Source: Epithemia pelagica
Taxonomy: Eukaryota; Protista; Bacillariophyta
Direction: 5' to 3'
Assembly (NCBI GenBank): GCA_946965045.2
Contig: OX337234.1
Span: forward strand, 1,302,001-1,366,000
DNA: 64,000 nt
Shown: positions 32,469-43,157 of the stretch, piece after piece
Position numbering within the stretch: the stretch's first letter is position 1
Layout: the number at the start of each line of letters is the position of its first letter
Position numbers and translations under genes: made by a program
Notes under the pieces: generated by a model
The model's database searches: none
Told to the model about the DNA's origin: nothing
The model's input: only the letters and a program-made list of their open reading frames with translations

Positions 32469-32799
32469 AATTAACTACAATAGCCCTGTAAATAGCCCCT
32501 CTCAGAAATAAGAACACAATACACATATTATATCGTATTGATGCTGGATATACCATATTGCAAAGTCCAACATATGGAAAAACGGCAAAGAGTGTCATAT
32601 TCATATTAAAAAAGTGCAGCTATTGTCATATCGGCACTCAAATATGACAAACGACTGCGGTGGAATGTTGAAAGATATGGATGTTGTTTGGATTTTGTAT
32701 TGGGGATGCCGTTTGGTTTTTGAGTGAAACTGACCAACGACCACAACCCTCAATCAACCTCAACCCTGTCCTAGTGGAACCAGGGTATTGAAGTTATGA

Positions 32800-33220
32800 A
32801 ATCCAGTTGTGACTTTGACTTCTAACTTTAAGTCAGATTTTTTTTTCATACGAACTTAACTTCCATTCCAAAGTCATCATAACAGTACCCTTGATTTCAA
32901 TGTCTAACTAATAATCATACAAATCATAACCCCAGCTTAACTTCTGACTTTAAGCCATTGATAATTTCACAACGACTTAACTTTGACTTTTCTTGTCACG
33001 CGCGCCCCACTCATGACTTAACTTCATCTGACTTAGTCATACATTCTCATCTCATGACTTGACTATTCAACAAAAGTCAAGTCAAGCACCTCATTGACTT
33101 GACTTCGTCCACGATGCAAAGTCAAGGTACCCCCATGACTTAACTTTTCTCCTGACTTTTTCTACCTTCGTTTGACTTAAGTCAAGCCAAAAGTCAGACT
33201 TTTTGTATGACTTAAGTTAT
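32800..33220. repeat. Left subterminal repeats of the hAT (GACTTAAC/GACTTTGAC/AAGTCA)
   Basis: Many short GACTT and AAGTC motifs in both orientations; mirrored at ~39100-39450. Confidence 0.85.
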
Positions 33221-33428
33221 GACTTTGTCTACATGATACATGATACATACCGCAGAAGTTGGCAGTATCACCGTCATGCACGTCATACTCGAGTAGTACT
33301 TGCCACGAATCCCGCCATGTTAGTCGCGAGTCATAGGTCACCCCCACCTCCACGTTGGACAACGTGCCTGCACCAGTTCTACATCCTAGAACATCACACC
33401 AAGGAAATGGCAATCAAACAGATGCACA

Positions 33429-34977
33429 ATGAACAACTCTCTTCAACGAACAAAAAGAAATCCATTGATTCCCTATGGCCCTCACCCTCTTTTTACTTTG
33501 GGTGAAGGGAACTACTTTGATACATGTCCAAGTCATGAATCGGCGAAGAAGAAGAAGCAACGAAAAATGAAAAAAGCAATTTTTGAATGGATGGAATCAC
33601 TTACTGTTCCAAGTCATATAGAAAGATATCCACGAAGCAGAAATGCAGATGGACAGGCAACCAAGATCACGCCGTTTGTTGAAGATGTTTGCGACATCCA
33701 AGTGAAATATCTCTGTTACAGAGTACGACGCGACGATGTATGGGGGCAGCTGAACAGCAGGGGTTTTGCATATATGCAGCATGCCCTCGACCACCAAATT
33801 CAAGACACACTCTACTACGATGCCATGCACTGCGCGGAAGGCAGGCATTGGAATCGATTTGCCCACACCAAGGGAGCACAGTTCGTCGTGCTCCCCTTGT
33901 GCCCCGTCTCTGAACTCGGAGCAGCCTGCGACTCTCAACTGGAATGGATTTCACTGATTATTGGGAAGTGGATTGAGAAATCATTTCCCCATCACAAGTG
34001 GGCCTCGCCATACCTATTCAGCTGTAAGCAGATTGATACTCTCATTATCATGTCCTTATTCCATTGGCTGCTGTCGTTGTCTCTCACCTTTTTTGTTCTT
34101 GGGCTCACGTTTTGTCCCCACTTTTCTTGCTTTTTATTTCGTGCAATGTGTCCCCACTTATCTTGCTGTTCTCTGCTTCATACACTCGGCTCACGTTTTG
34201 TCCCCACTTTTCTTGCTTTTTATTTCGTGCGATGTGTCCCCACTTATCTTGCTGTTCTCTGCTTCATACACTCGGCTCACGTTTTGTCCCCACTTTTCTT
34301 GCTTTTTATTTCGTGCAATGTGTACCCACTTATCTTGCTGTTCTCTGCTTCATACACTCGGCTCACGTTTTGTCCCCACTTTTCTTGCTTTTTATTTCGT
34401 GCAATGTGTCCCCACTTATCTTGCTGTTCTCTGCTTCATACACTCGGCTCACGTTTTGTCCCCACTTTTCTTGCTTTTTACTTCATGCAATGTGTCCCCA
34501 CTTTTCTTGCTGCTTCCTTCTTCACAATTCACACACTTGACTCACATGTTGTCCCTACTTTTCTTGCTATCCTCTCATGCACTTCGTCCCCAATAAACGT
34601 TCTCTTTTTGTCATTCAGGGCATTCAGATCCTCCCAAAGACAGGGAAGCTGGATACCACCTTGACCTGCCTCATGAAGGAGACGTTGAAGATGCATTAGA
34701 ACTGGCAGGCAACAAATCATTTCCTTCCTACCTCTACCCGATCATCATCCAATTTGGTCTATGCAAAGACTCTGGTGGTGGTGGAATGGAGTTTAGCAGC
34801 CGCCACCGGGGTAACGGAAAGGTCAAGCGTCGTGCAACTTTTTGTTCACTGGACTACGGCAACATTATCATCTTCAGAGCGGACGTTTATCACAAGTCCG
34901 TTTATCCCACGACATGGAACTCTGTTCTACGTATGAGCATTGGCATCAGGTATACACGACAACAAGCATACTGCTAA
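33429..34977 (+). CDS. hAT cargo gene: 2OG-Fe(II) dioxygenase, AlkB-like; exons 33429-34023 and 34619-34977 (317 aa if ATG 33429 is the start)
   Basis: Splicing GTAAGC (34024) to TTCAG (34618) joins PYLFS|WHSDPPKDREAGYHLDLPH...GGGGMEF...SLDYGNIIIFRADVYHKS...LRMSIGIRY in frame with no stops. This gives HxD (34657-34665), a distal H (34891) and RxxxxxR. The splice is predicted only. Confidence 0.7.
34103..34560. repeat. 86-bp tandem repeat (about 5 copies) inside the predicted cargo intron
   Basis: Units start at 34103, 34189, 34275, 34361 and 34447. Each unit holds two TGTCCCCACTTWTCTTGCT sub-repeats. The period is not a multiple of 3. Confidence 0.95.
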
Positions 34978-35226
34978 CCACAAACCATCTCTCACAATAA
35001 CTAAACATTTACCTAAAATCCAAGAATATCGTCTCCTTCTTCGTTGTTTGCACCATCCATATTGTCTACAGCTTGATCGATCTCCTCTTCATCTTCGCTA
35101 CTGGTACCAAAACCCAAGCCAAGTGCCAACTGCTCTCTTTTGCCTTTTCTAAAGAGAAATATCCGGCTTTCCCTGGCCAAAAAATCCCAGCTTCTTTTAG
35201 AACGCTCATCTGCAAAGGCAATTGCT

Positions 35227-38200
35227 CTATTTGGCCGTGTTGGTTATATTGTCCGTAGATGATTTCTGTGTTTTGTTGGAAGTCGAAGATTGGTCAGACG
35301 CCATGGGAGGGTCCTTCCTTTTCCTTTTGCTGGATAAACTGGTGTTCGTAGTCGCACCCACTTCATTCACAGGTGCACTCCCTTCATTCACAGAAGCCTG
35401 TCCAGGGAAAGGAAGAGTCGTTAGAGGGGGCATGCTGTCTGAAAGATCATCCGCCAAATCCACTACAACAGATCCCGATTCTTTTTGCTTGTTCTTCAAC
35501 AGTGCTACCAGTAAGTTATCATCGTCGACTGTTTCTTCAATCATCGAGGCACTTGACTCAGGACCACGTAAATCCACAAATTCAACAGTGTCTGCATACA
35601 CAACATCGTCCTTCTCGGCCTTGTCCTTGTTGTCACAATTGGAATCCAAGTAACCAAACTTGAATATATCCTCCGCTTCTTTTTCTTTTAGATACTTGTT
35701 CAATTGTTCAATGCCCTCAAGCATCACGTCCACTCGGACTCCATCTCCTGTGGTCATGGTATTAGAACTTGCACATGTCGCACTGTTCACCGAGACCACA
35801 CCCACACCCACACCCACACCAACATTTCCATTGGTGTCTGGTACATTCACTGCTGTGGTTGAACTGCGGGAAGTGGGACCGGATATACTGCTGGTGGTAC
35901 TGGTTGTGGCAGCGGTGGCAGCGGTACGAGAACTGGGACGACTTGTATCGTTTGTGGCAGCGGTGCGAGAACTGGGACGACTTGTATCAGAGATACTAGT
36001 GCTTGAGGTAACATTGGTTCCCGTTCCTTGGGTAGATTTCTTCTTCAATCTATCTGCTTGAAGGGCTTTCACTTTCATGGACACCTCTGTCGGTGGTAGT
36101 TTAGCCAGTTCTGTTTCAGCAAGAATGATGCTTTTACGGACTGGCCTCGAAACACATGTCAATGATCGCATCTGAAAGTTATGGGGAGACTCTTTTCGCA
36201 TAAGGCGATTGGAGTCCAACCATGATGAACAGGAAAAAACTCTTTCCTGAAATGCATTGGTCGCTGGTTTTGCCAGCCAAACCAGTGCTGTCGGAAAAAG
36301 ATGAGGGTATGTGGATTTATGGGCGTCCCACCATTTCATGACATGGAAGTATTTCCCAACTGACATGAAATCGTGCTTCTTGCAGCGAAAAGCAAACCAC
36401 TTCTTTTTTGGATCGTCCCATGTAATGAGCTCCTCTAGGTATTGAGGAGTGGGGTACTCATTGATCAAATCTTTCCAGTTATACAACCCTTTCTTTTCAC
36501 AATAGCGCTTGTATTCGGAGAACTCTTCCAGGATGGTTTTCTCCAACTTTCTTGCACGTTCAGTAACAGGATCGTTGCCATTATTGGCAGCAGTGCCACT
36601 CTGTTCCACATCGTCATCATCAGCAGCTAAATCCAGGTCGTCAAAAATATCAAATATGGAGGAAGACGGGTTGTCATCATCAGCATCGTCAATGGCTGGC
36701 ACATTTTCCTCTTGATTGGTGCCTTCATTGTCATTGTCTTCGTCCGTTGGTACAACCACTTCTGAGCAATTAAATTTCTCGAACGCATCGTCTTTGAAGT
36801 TTTTCTCGATTTGGAACAAGTCTGTGTTGTCATATACTTTGATTTTCTTGAAGAGGCGTGGACAAGAAGCGCAAAGTAACGGGTTGCCAATCATGGCTTT
36901 CTCTGCGTCGATGTCACGAGATTCCAGCATGTAGCGCTTGTACTCCCGAATAATGCGTGTGATTAACTCTTTAGTGGGGGGCAGTAGGAGGGCATGTTCT
37001 CGGTTGACTCTCTTGGATTCTAATTTTTTCATTGTAAGGGAAGGATCCCAGCTAGATGTCTCAACGTTGAGTACTTGAACTCCATTGTCCACCATTTTTT
37101 CAATGAAGTGTTTCGACATAAAAATCTCCATAAGAGAAGCGGAGGCTGATGAGACATCATCAGTTTGAAGTGTCATGGAACAACCTTGCAGAGGCTGGAG
37201 TACGGCCTCGTATTCTGCGAGTTGTTTCCATTCTTCTGGTGATGGGTATTTGCTTTTGAATTCAGCATCTTGCACAAGGGCTGATCTCGCGTAGTCATCC
37301 ATCACAAACTTGTTCCTAAAGAGACTATGGAACATGATGAGACAACCTCCGACGCGGGTGCCATTGGGTAGTTGGAGTTCGATTACAATCATCCCATTCT
37401 TTGCGGCAAATTCCTTGAGTTTCTCGAACCGGCTTCGTGCTTTTTTGCTCATCAACCACGAGGCAAAAGTGTGAAACTTCTTGTAGATTTTAATGAAGGC
37501 TGGGTTCTCGTCAACCACCGTTCTGCCTCTGCGACGAACAGCCTGCCCTGTGGCATGCTTCATGATCAATTCTGCGCGATGCATGTTGCATTTTCCGCCC
37601 ACTGCCATGCCAGTAATATACTTACCAGCAAGTACGGCAGAGTTGGTGTTGTCGTTAATGGAGGCGGCGAGATCAAGCTGTGTAAACCCGACTTGATTCA
37701 ATATATTCTCGGTGTGATTGGCAATCTGACGGGCGGAGTGCCCTTTTGTTTCCATAAGACCGACAGGAACTTTGAAGACATTGCAATTTCGTGGGTCAAC
37801 CAACATTAGAGTGATGCCAAGGATGTCTTTCTTGCATCCTTGCCAAACATCATGGGCAATACTGGCAAATCGGATTCGTTGTCCACACAATACTTCAAAT
37901 GTGGTGCGAATGTTATTGCCGAGATCGTTTACAACTCGCAGGTAATCATTGTATGAGTCGATCCTCATGGATGTCATGGCTCTGTTGCTGATGGAACAGT
38001 CTGACATCTTCAATAGGTTTGCATTGTTAAGTATGTACTCCAATAGAGATCGAAATGCCGGCTTCTCTACTGTGCGAGTGGGGAAACCCATGTCGTTGAC
38101 GAATTGGAATATTTTGTGATGGAACTCGCTACGCACTTCTTTTCGTGAAATAGTGATTGGAATATAAGAAGACATCTTCTTCTGTCCAGCTTTTTCCATA

Positions 38201-38931
38201 ATGCTTTCTTCAGGGGTTTTCTTTGCCTGTTCTTCTTGGTGGACTCGGTCTCTGTGTTGCTTTATGTTCGAAGATGAACCATGTTGGCCACATCCAATCG
38301 CACATTGCACAAGTGGAATATTGGGGTTCTTGAAGCATAAATGGCATACTGCTAGTCTTTTGGCAAGCTTCAAAAAGTTCTTGTCACTCGCATGTGAAGG
38401 CTGGTCAGACTCGGCCAACACTTTCAAACATTTGCGAAGTCCAGGATAGTTAGATGTGTCCAGGGGACTGTTTTCATCCCGGTATTTCTTTAGCTTCGCC
38501 CAATCAATGTGGTCCATGAGACCCCAAAATGATCCTTTGAGGTTCTTGAAAATGGATTTTGGTGGAGCACGGAAACTCAGGAGTTGTTTTTCTTCTTTGT
38601 ATCGATCCAGAGTCTCTTGGGATAGCGGTCCTTCTTCATTGCTTGCATTGTTGTTTGCAGCATTTTGGTTGGTGGTGGATGAGGACTCTTCAGCTCCTTC
38701 ATTTGTACGGGCTCTAGCTGGGTTGTCGTTCGAAGGAGCAATGGGTTGTTCTTGATTCATCGGAGCAGCGGTGTCTTGGTTTGGATTAGTGGTGGATGGA
38801 TTGTTGTTGTTGGTGTTTGTCATACATTCACCATCATTGCTGGTACGGCCATTGGTTGTTTCAGACATGGGAGAGAGTGATGATATGCTGGCTATCGTCG
38901 ATCTGGGTTGAGTGATCTCACCAGGAATCAT
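35227..38931 (-). CDS. hAT transposase, 1234 aa
   Basis: BED-like finger CHLC..SSNIKQHRDRVH; catalytic IAHDVW and NDNTNS; CNMH (CxxH); hATC dimerisation region KWWDAHKSTYPHL..AKPATNAFQERVFS. Confidence 0.93.
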   Translation of the reverse strand: MIPGEITQPRSTIASISSLSPMSETTNGRTSNDGECMTNTNNNNPSTTNPNQDTAAPMNQEQPIAPSNDNPARARTNEGAEESSSTTNQNAANNNASNEEGPLSQETLDRYKEEKQLLSFRAPPKSIFKNLKGSFWGLMDHIDWAKLKKYRDENSPLDTSNYPGLRKCLKVLAESDQPSHASDKNFLKLAKRLAVCHLCFKNPNIPLVQCAIGCGQHGSSSNIKQHRDRVHQEEQAKKTPEESIMEKAGQKKMSSYIPITISRKEVRSEFHHKIFQFVNDMGFPTRTVEKPAFRSLLEYILNNANLLKMSDCSISNRAMTSMRIDSYNDYLRVVNDLGNNIRTTFEVLCGQRIRFASIAHDVWQGCKKDILGITLMLVDPRNCNVFKVPVGLMETKGHSARQIANHTENILNQVGFTQLDLAASINDNTNSAVLAGKYITGMAVGGKCNMHRAELIMKHATGQAVRRRGRTVVDENPAFIKIYKKFHTFASWLMSKKARSRFEKLKEFAAKNGMIVIELQLPNGTRVGGCLIMFHSLFRNKFVMDDYARSALVQDAEFKSKYPSPEEWKQLAEYEAVLQPLQGCSMTLQTDDVSSASASLMEIFMSKHFIEKMVDNGVQVLNVETSSWDPSLTMKKLESKRVNREHALLLPPTKELITRIIREYKRYMLESRDIDAEKAMIGNPLLCASCPRLFKKIKVYDNTDLFQIEKNFKDDAFEKFNCSEVVVPTDEDNDNEGTNQEENVPAIDDADDDNPSSSIFDIFDDLDLAADDDDVEQSGTAANNGNDPVTERARKLEKTILEEFSEYKRYCEKKGLYNWKDLINEYPTPQYLEELITWDDPKKKWFAFRCKKHDFMSVGKYFHVMKWWDAHKSTYPHLFPTALVWLAKPATNAFQERVFSCSSWLDSNRLMRKESPHNFQMRSLTCVSRPVRKSIILAETELAKLPPTEVSMKVKALQADRLKKKSTQGTGTNVTSSTSISDTSRPSSRTAATNDTSRPSSRTAATAATTSTTSSISGPTSRSSTTAVNVPDTNGNVGVGVGVGVVSVNSATCASSNTMTTGDGVRVDVMLEGIEQLNKYLKEKEAEDIFKFGYLDSNCDNKDKAEKDDVVYADTVEFVDLRGPESSASMIEETVDDDNLLVALLKNKQKESGSVVVDLADDLSDSMPPLTTLPFPGQASVNEGSAPVNEVGATTNTSLSSKRKRKDPPMASDQSSTSNKTQKSSTDNITNTAK

Positions 38932-39637
38932 ACTCTGGTCTCAATGCTTGAGATGAATGAGCAACAAGAGACTGGCCAGAAAAGATGTGCCGCTGCAATT
39001 TGCTGTGCAATAAAGATGCCAGGGAAACTACCTATTCGTCGATTTCTAGTTTCTAGTCGTAGGGAAGGGCAGTATAGGGAAAGTTAGTACTGATATTGCG
39101 TGGACTGACTTAAAGTCAGTGGGGAAAGACGCCCGTGACTTGACTTCTCTGTAAAGAAGTCAGTAAATGAGGCACGGTGACTTGACAAGTCATTCAAAAA
39201 ATGTCGTGACTTTGGATTTGATTTTGAGCGAGAAAACCCCCCAAAAGTCAATGATTTTGGTATGAAAAAAGTTCGTTCCTAGATAGAGTGACTTGGATTT
39301 GACTTTGACTTCAGAGAAAAAATCGTACAAAATATAGGTTGATTTAAATTCGTTCAGAAAAGTCGTACCAAAGGGACGTGACTTTGACTTGATTTTGTAA
39401 AAAAAGTCAAAAGTTATGACTTAAAGTCATGAAGTCAAAAGTCAACCGGTATGACTTCAATACCCTGAGTGGAACACAACATTATCACGGCATCCCCGTT
39501 GTCGCTAGTTAGACCCTATTCTATGCATACTTCGGGTGGGCGGGCTGATTTCCCCAACTTCCGTCCTGTAACAATACTTTTGCGGCAAAACCGCAACAAC
39601 AGATTGTGCGAGGATTGAAACAATCGTAGAAATCATC

Positions 39638-41986
39638 ATGTCGAGCGACGAGCAAGGAAACATGCCTGAGCAAAGTGTTTGGGTCCAGGTCATCCAAAAA
39701 ACGGGCGAAGGCAATTACGAGTACCTCGGAGATTCATTTCAGATAGTGCCGCGTCCGGCGAACGTGAGTCACTTGCGCGAGAAAGTAAAGGAAAAGGCGG
39801 CAAACAACCTTGCGCATGTTGCCGCTAATGAACTCCTTGTCTACCGTCTCAACAACGAAGTCAGACTGCCGGACGGCAATCATGCAATCTTGTTCTTGAA
39901 TGAAAACTACACGAAGCTTGGTCCAAGGACCCGAATGGGATCATTGCAACCACGAGAGGACGACACTTTAATTGTTGTTGCTCCGAAACCACAACAGCAG
40001 CAGCAGGTAAGTTCTGTTCATGCTTGATGAACTGAACTGAACTGAATTTGATTTAATTATGTGGTCGATTCTGTTTATGCATGTTTGCTCAAACTGTTTT
40101 TTGTTTGCCTTTTCCTCATTTTGAAAATCATCCAATCTTGGAACCTGTGTGCGCTATCGTTCTGTTTTTTGTCGATTTTCTCGTTGAAATCCACACTGTG
40201 ACCAGCAAGAGCGCCAAGCGAAGCGTCCGAAAGATCTCTCAAAGCTTGATCCTCCCCATGTGGTAAAGGAGCTTCAAGATCTTGCAGCAGACTATCTTGG
40301 GACTAATCCAGAAAACCCGAAATCGCACCGTTGGCCTTACTATGATACACTCGCCACATGGAATTGGGAAGAGACACAAACTGAGCTTTGCAAGAAACGC
40401 GAAGAAATCCACGAAAGACTCAAGTCCTACAGAAGACAAGGCCGAGAAAACGTTGTATTAGGGATGTGCCTGGGATCTGGCTTTGGGAAGACACATTTGT
40501 TAACCGAGGCGCCAAACCTGCTACAAGCCCAAGGCTTGTACGTGTCCTTCGGTATGAATCAAGATCTAAAAGAAGACATTGCATCACCCGAACAAGCGTT
40601 GCTTGTCCGTTTGATGCTTTCGGCTCTCGGGTGCAGTCAGCTCGATTGTGGAGAGTTCATTCGGTCCAAAAATTTCCAGTATTTCCAGTACTTACCTCCG
40701 GAATTGCTACGTAACTGTTTTTTGAACCTTACCACGGAGACATTGAAGTGGGGAGAGGTTGTTATTGGTATTGACGAAGCGGCTTCGCTTGATGAAGTGG
40801 CTTCGCTTGGTGAATACCCAATTAAGGTTATTATTTCAGAGCTGTCAGAGCTTTCCTATGTCTACACGACAGCAGATCCCAAATCGAGATGCACTTGTAT
40901 TATGTCATCCTTGCATGACAAAGCTTTTGCGACATGGAGTGGACGAAGTGTTGAAGAATGGGTTCCAAGGAAGCCAGACGATACGGCGTTTGAACATTTT
41001 GCCAAGGGGATATCATCAATGGAGCGAGAGAAGGCTTTGGCATTGGCAAATTCTGTGTGTGGCAGTCATTTGCGATCGATTGCTATTGCGTTCAATGAAA
41101 TTAAGAGAGGGTCGGAACCTACTGTGAAGTCATTGCTTTCTGATATTTATGAAAAATTGGGCAACAAGATCACACGCACGCAATTTGCTGCGGCCCGCAA
41201 GTACGTCCTAGACTGTATCTGCCTTTTTTCTCACCTTACCCTGATGCCGTTGAACAGTACGTTGGGCAAGATATGGCTCTCCCACCTGTGATAATGATGA
41301 AGGCTTTTGAGAGCGAACCTGGAGAAGTGCAGCTTCACGGACTTCTGAATTCCTTTTCTTTGTTCGACGGAGGTGAAGGAAAGCAGCTTGAGACCATTGG
41401 GAAATTTTATGATTTATTCCGAGCCGCAACGCGGCTGCCTGCCGTCCCTGCGCAAGCAGACATACATGGTTGTCCCTCCAAGTCAGCAGAATGGTACGAA
41501 AATCTAAGCTTTCCTGAATCCATAGAGGAGAGCAATGAAGATTTGTTGAAAATACAAAAAGTTGGCGGGAACATAGAAGTGGTTCCAACGGGGATAACGC
41601 CAGAGTTGGGAAAGTATTATCATCCCGGTTCGGCAAATCACCCTTGGCTCGACCGTCTAGTTGTCGCGCAACACAAAGATTCGGGAGAAAAATGCATGAT
41701 TATCTACCAAGACAAAGTTAATCAGAACGATTTTGCACCAGCATGCAAAAACCTTGCAAATGCAGCCAGGCTGCTTTCATCGACAACTGAGCTGAAGGAG
41801 GTCCTGCTGGTTGTCAATGTTATTGGGGCGTCGAATTTGACTTACGCTCAGGCGGCACTAAAATGGCCATACATTCTTGTTCGTGAATCGGAAATCAGTC
41901 AATTTTATTCTCGCAACTTTGCCAGCATGGTTCTGTTGGCTAGAAAACGGCACTTTTTGTCTCTTGGTGGAACGACAACCCAATGA
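39638..41986 (+). CDS. Crinkler (CRN)-like gene: ubiquitin-like header + P-loop NTPase + nuclease-like C-terminus; intron 40007-40205; apparent frameshift at ~41223-41229
   Basis: Header VWVQ..LREKVKEK..LAHVAANELLVY..LIVVAPKPQQQQQ. A phase-0 GTAAGT..ACCAG intron joins it to the 40260 frame. Walker A GSGFGKT, Walker B VIGIDEA, C-terminal WLDRLVV..IIYQDK. The frame changes in a T6 run. Confidence 0.75.
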
Positions 41987-41987
41987 C

Positions 41988-42190
41988 ACCGATGTGGAAT
42001 GCGTCCAGAACAATCGAGGTATTGACAATCCTTTCAGAGCACCAAAGACATCGCCTCAAAATTCTCACCTTTTGTCATTTAAGAACGGGTGAGTCATGGA
42101 AGACTGACTCCCAACCCACGCGTTGTGATGTTCAGCGACATGACTAGGATTGTCAATACCTCGAATTCTCTGGACGCATTCCACATCGGT
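41988..42190. repeat. Long inverted repeat (~45-bp arms, 113-bp spacer)
   Basis: CCGATGTGGAATGCGTCCAGAACAATCGAGGTATTGACAATCCT (41989-42032) pairs with 42146-42189 with 3 mismatches. Confidence 0.92.
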
Positions 42191-43157
42191 CGTTTCTAGG
42201 ACTCTGACGAGGTATCTCAGGTCGACAATCATCTTAAACTCAACTAAGCCTCGAATCACATAGAAACTTCCCGAAGCCTGAAGTCCTCTCCCCTAGAAAC
42301 ACCCCTTCTTGGAACTCTAAAGAGGACAGCCTTGCGACTTCCAGGCTGTGGCTTACAAGTTGCCAATCCCATCCCGACAATCGATGCTAGACATTTTTTT
42401 CAATTTGCTGGGACACAGGCTCCTTTGGTAGGTATTCTGTACGATCACATCCAGTTGTGTCACAATCGGGCAACCGACGCAGCATAGCAAGTTGCTAGAG
42501 GACGTTCGAGCATTAAAAAAGCTTGTCGTCGAGAAAACAGTAAACGAATCGAGAGCTGTAAGCTATGCAGAGTACTACGACGAAAAAATGCGAGAGGGTA
42601 GGATCGAAACCTGGTGTCCGACACCTAAAAACGCCACCGACTGCACCCAATCAATTGCCAGTGTACCTTATTCAAGCTCCAAGTGGATCTGAAAATTAGA
42701 CCGTCAAGCCATTTTGGAAGGATGTTTGAAGCCGACACCAGCTCCTCCCGGCATGGAATAACGGTTACGAGATCGCACATTTGGGCACGAAAATCCAATT
42801 TTTCCTCAACATCTAGAAAAGCCGTTAACAGAGGACTTTGTTGCCGCGGGAGATTGTAAGGGAAGTGCTTGGGGTGGGAAGTACTTGGGGTGGGACATCT
42901 CGTGCAGAATTGGGAGTCCTACGTACACCGAATGCTTGATGCTCAACCGTGGCTACAGCTGATGCAAGAACACGGGGTATCATCCGCCCCCCGCTGTGAG
43001 CGGATATCCTATTTCCTTCGACCAAACTCTCCGACCGGGAGGGACATGTCGTGCATTTGGAGCAACCTACCGTGGGGCATCTGCGTGATCAAGGATGCGC
43101 CATTGTGACTCTTTGGTCTAATAAACAACCAACACATACTTATGTCTACCCGTTCTA

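Larger units (their letters stand above)
32781..39467 (-). mobile_element. Autonomous-type hAT DNA transposon (6687 bp) with cargo gene
   Basis: TIRs CAGGGTATTGAAGTTAT (32781-32797) and ATGACTTCAATACCCTG (39451-39467), 16/17 match. 8-bp TSD AGTGGAAC (32773-32780 and 39468-39475). Dense GACTT/AAGTC subterminal repeats at both ends. Confidence 0.95.

Noticed and set aside
32085-32768. Possible second hAT-like element bounded by CAGAGCTG and CAACCCTG
   Set aside because: The ends match at only 6 of 8 nt and there is no target-site duplication.
34103-34560. Possible CRISPR-like array
   Set aside because: The sequence between the short repeats is itself repeated (no unique spacers), there are no cas genes, and the context is eukaryotic.
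33961-34664. Hydrophobic, Cys/Phe-rich ORFs in all three plus frames (including the tail of the 411-aa ORF)
   Set aside because: They are translations of the 86-bp non-triplet tandem repeat, which is better explained as intronic.
41215-41257. Small GT-AG intron that might explain the CRN frame change
   Set aside because: The splice phases do not match; a homopolymer indel is simpler.
42400-43110. Short ORFs between the CRN-like gene and KU80
   Set aside because: Fragmentary, with stops and no recognisable family; could be a decayed gene but this is unsupported.
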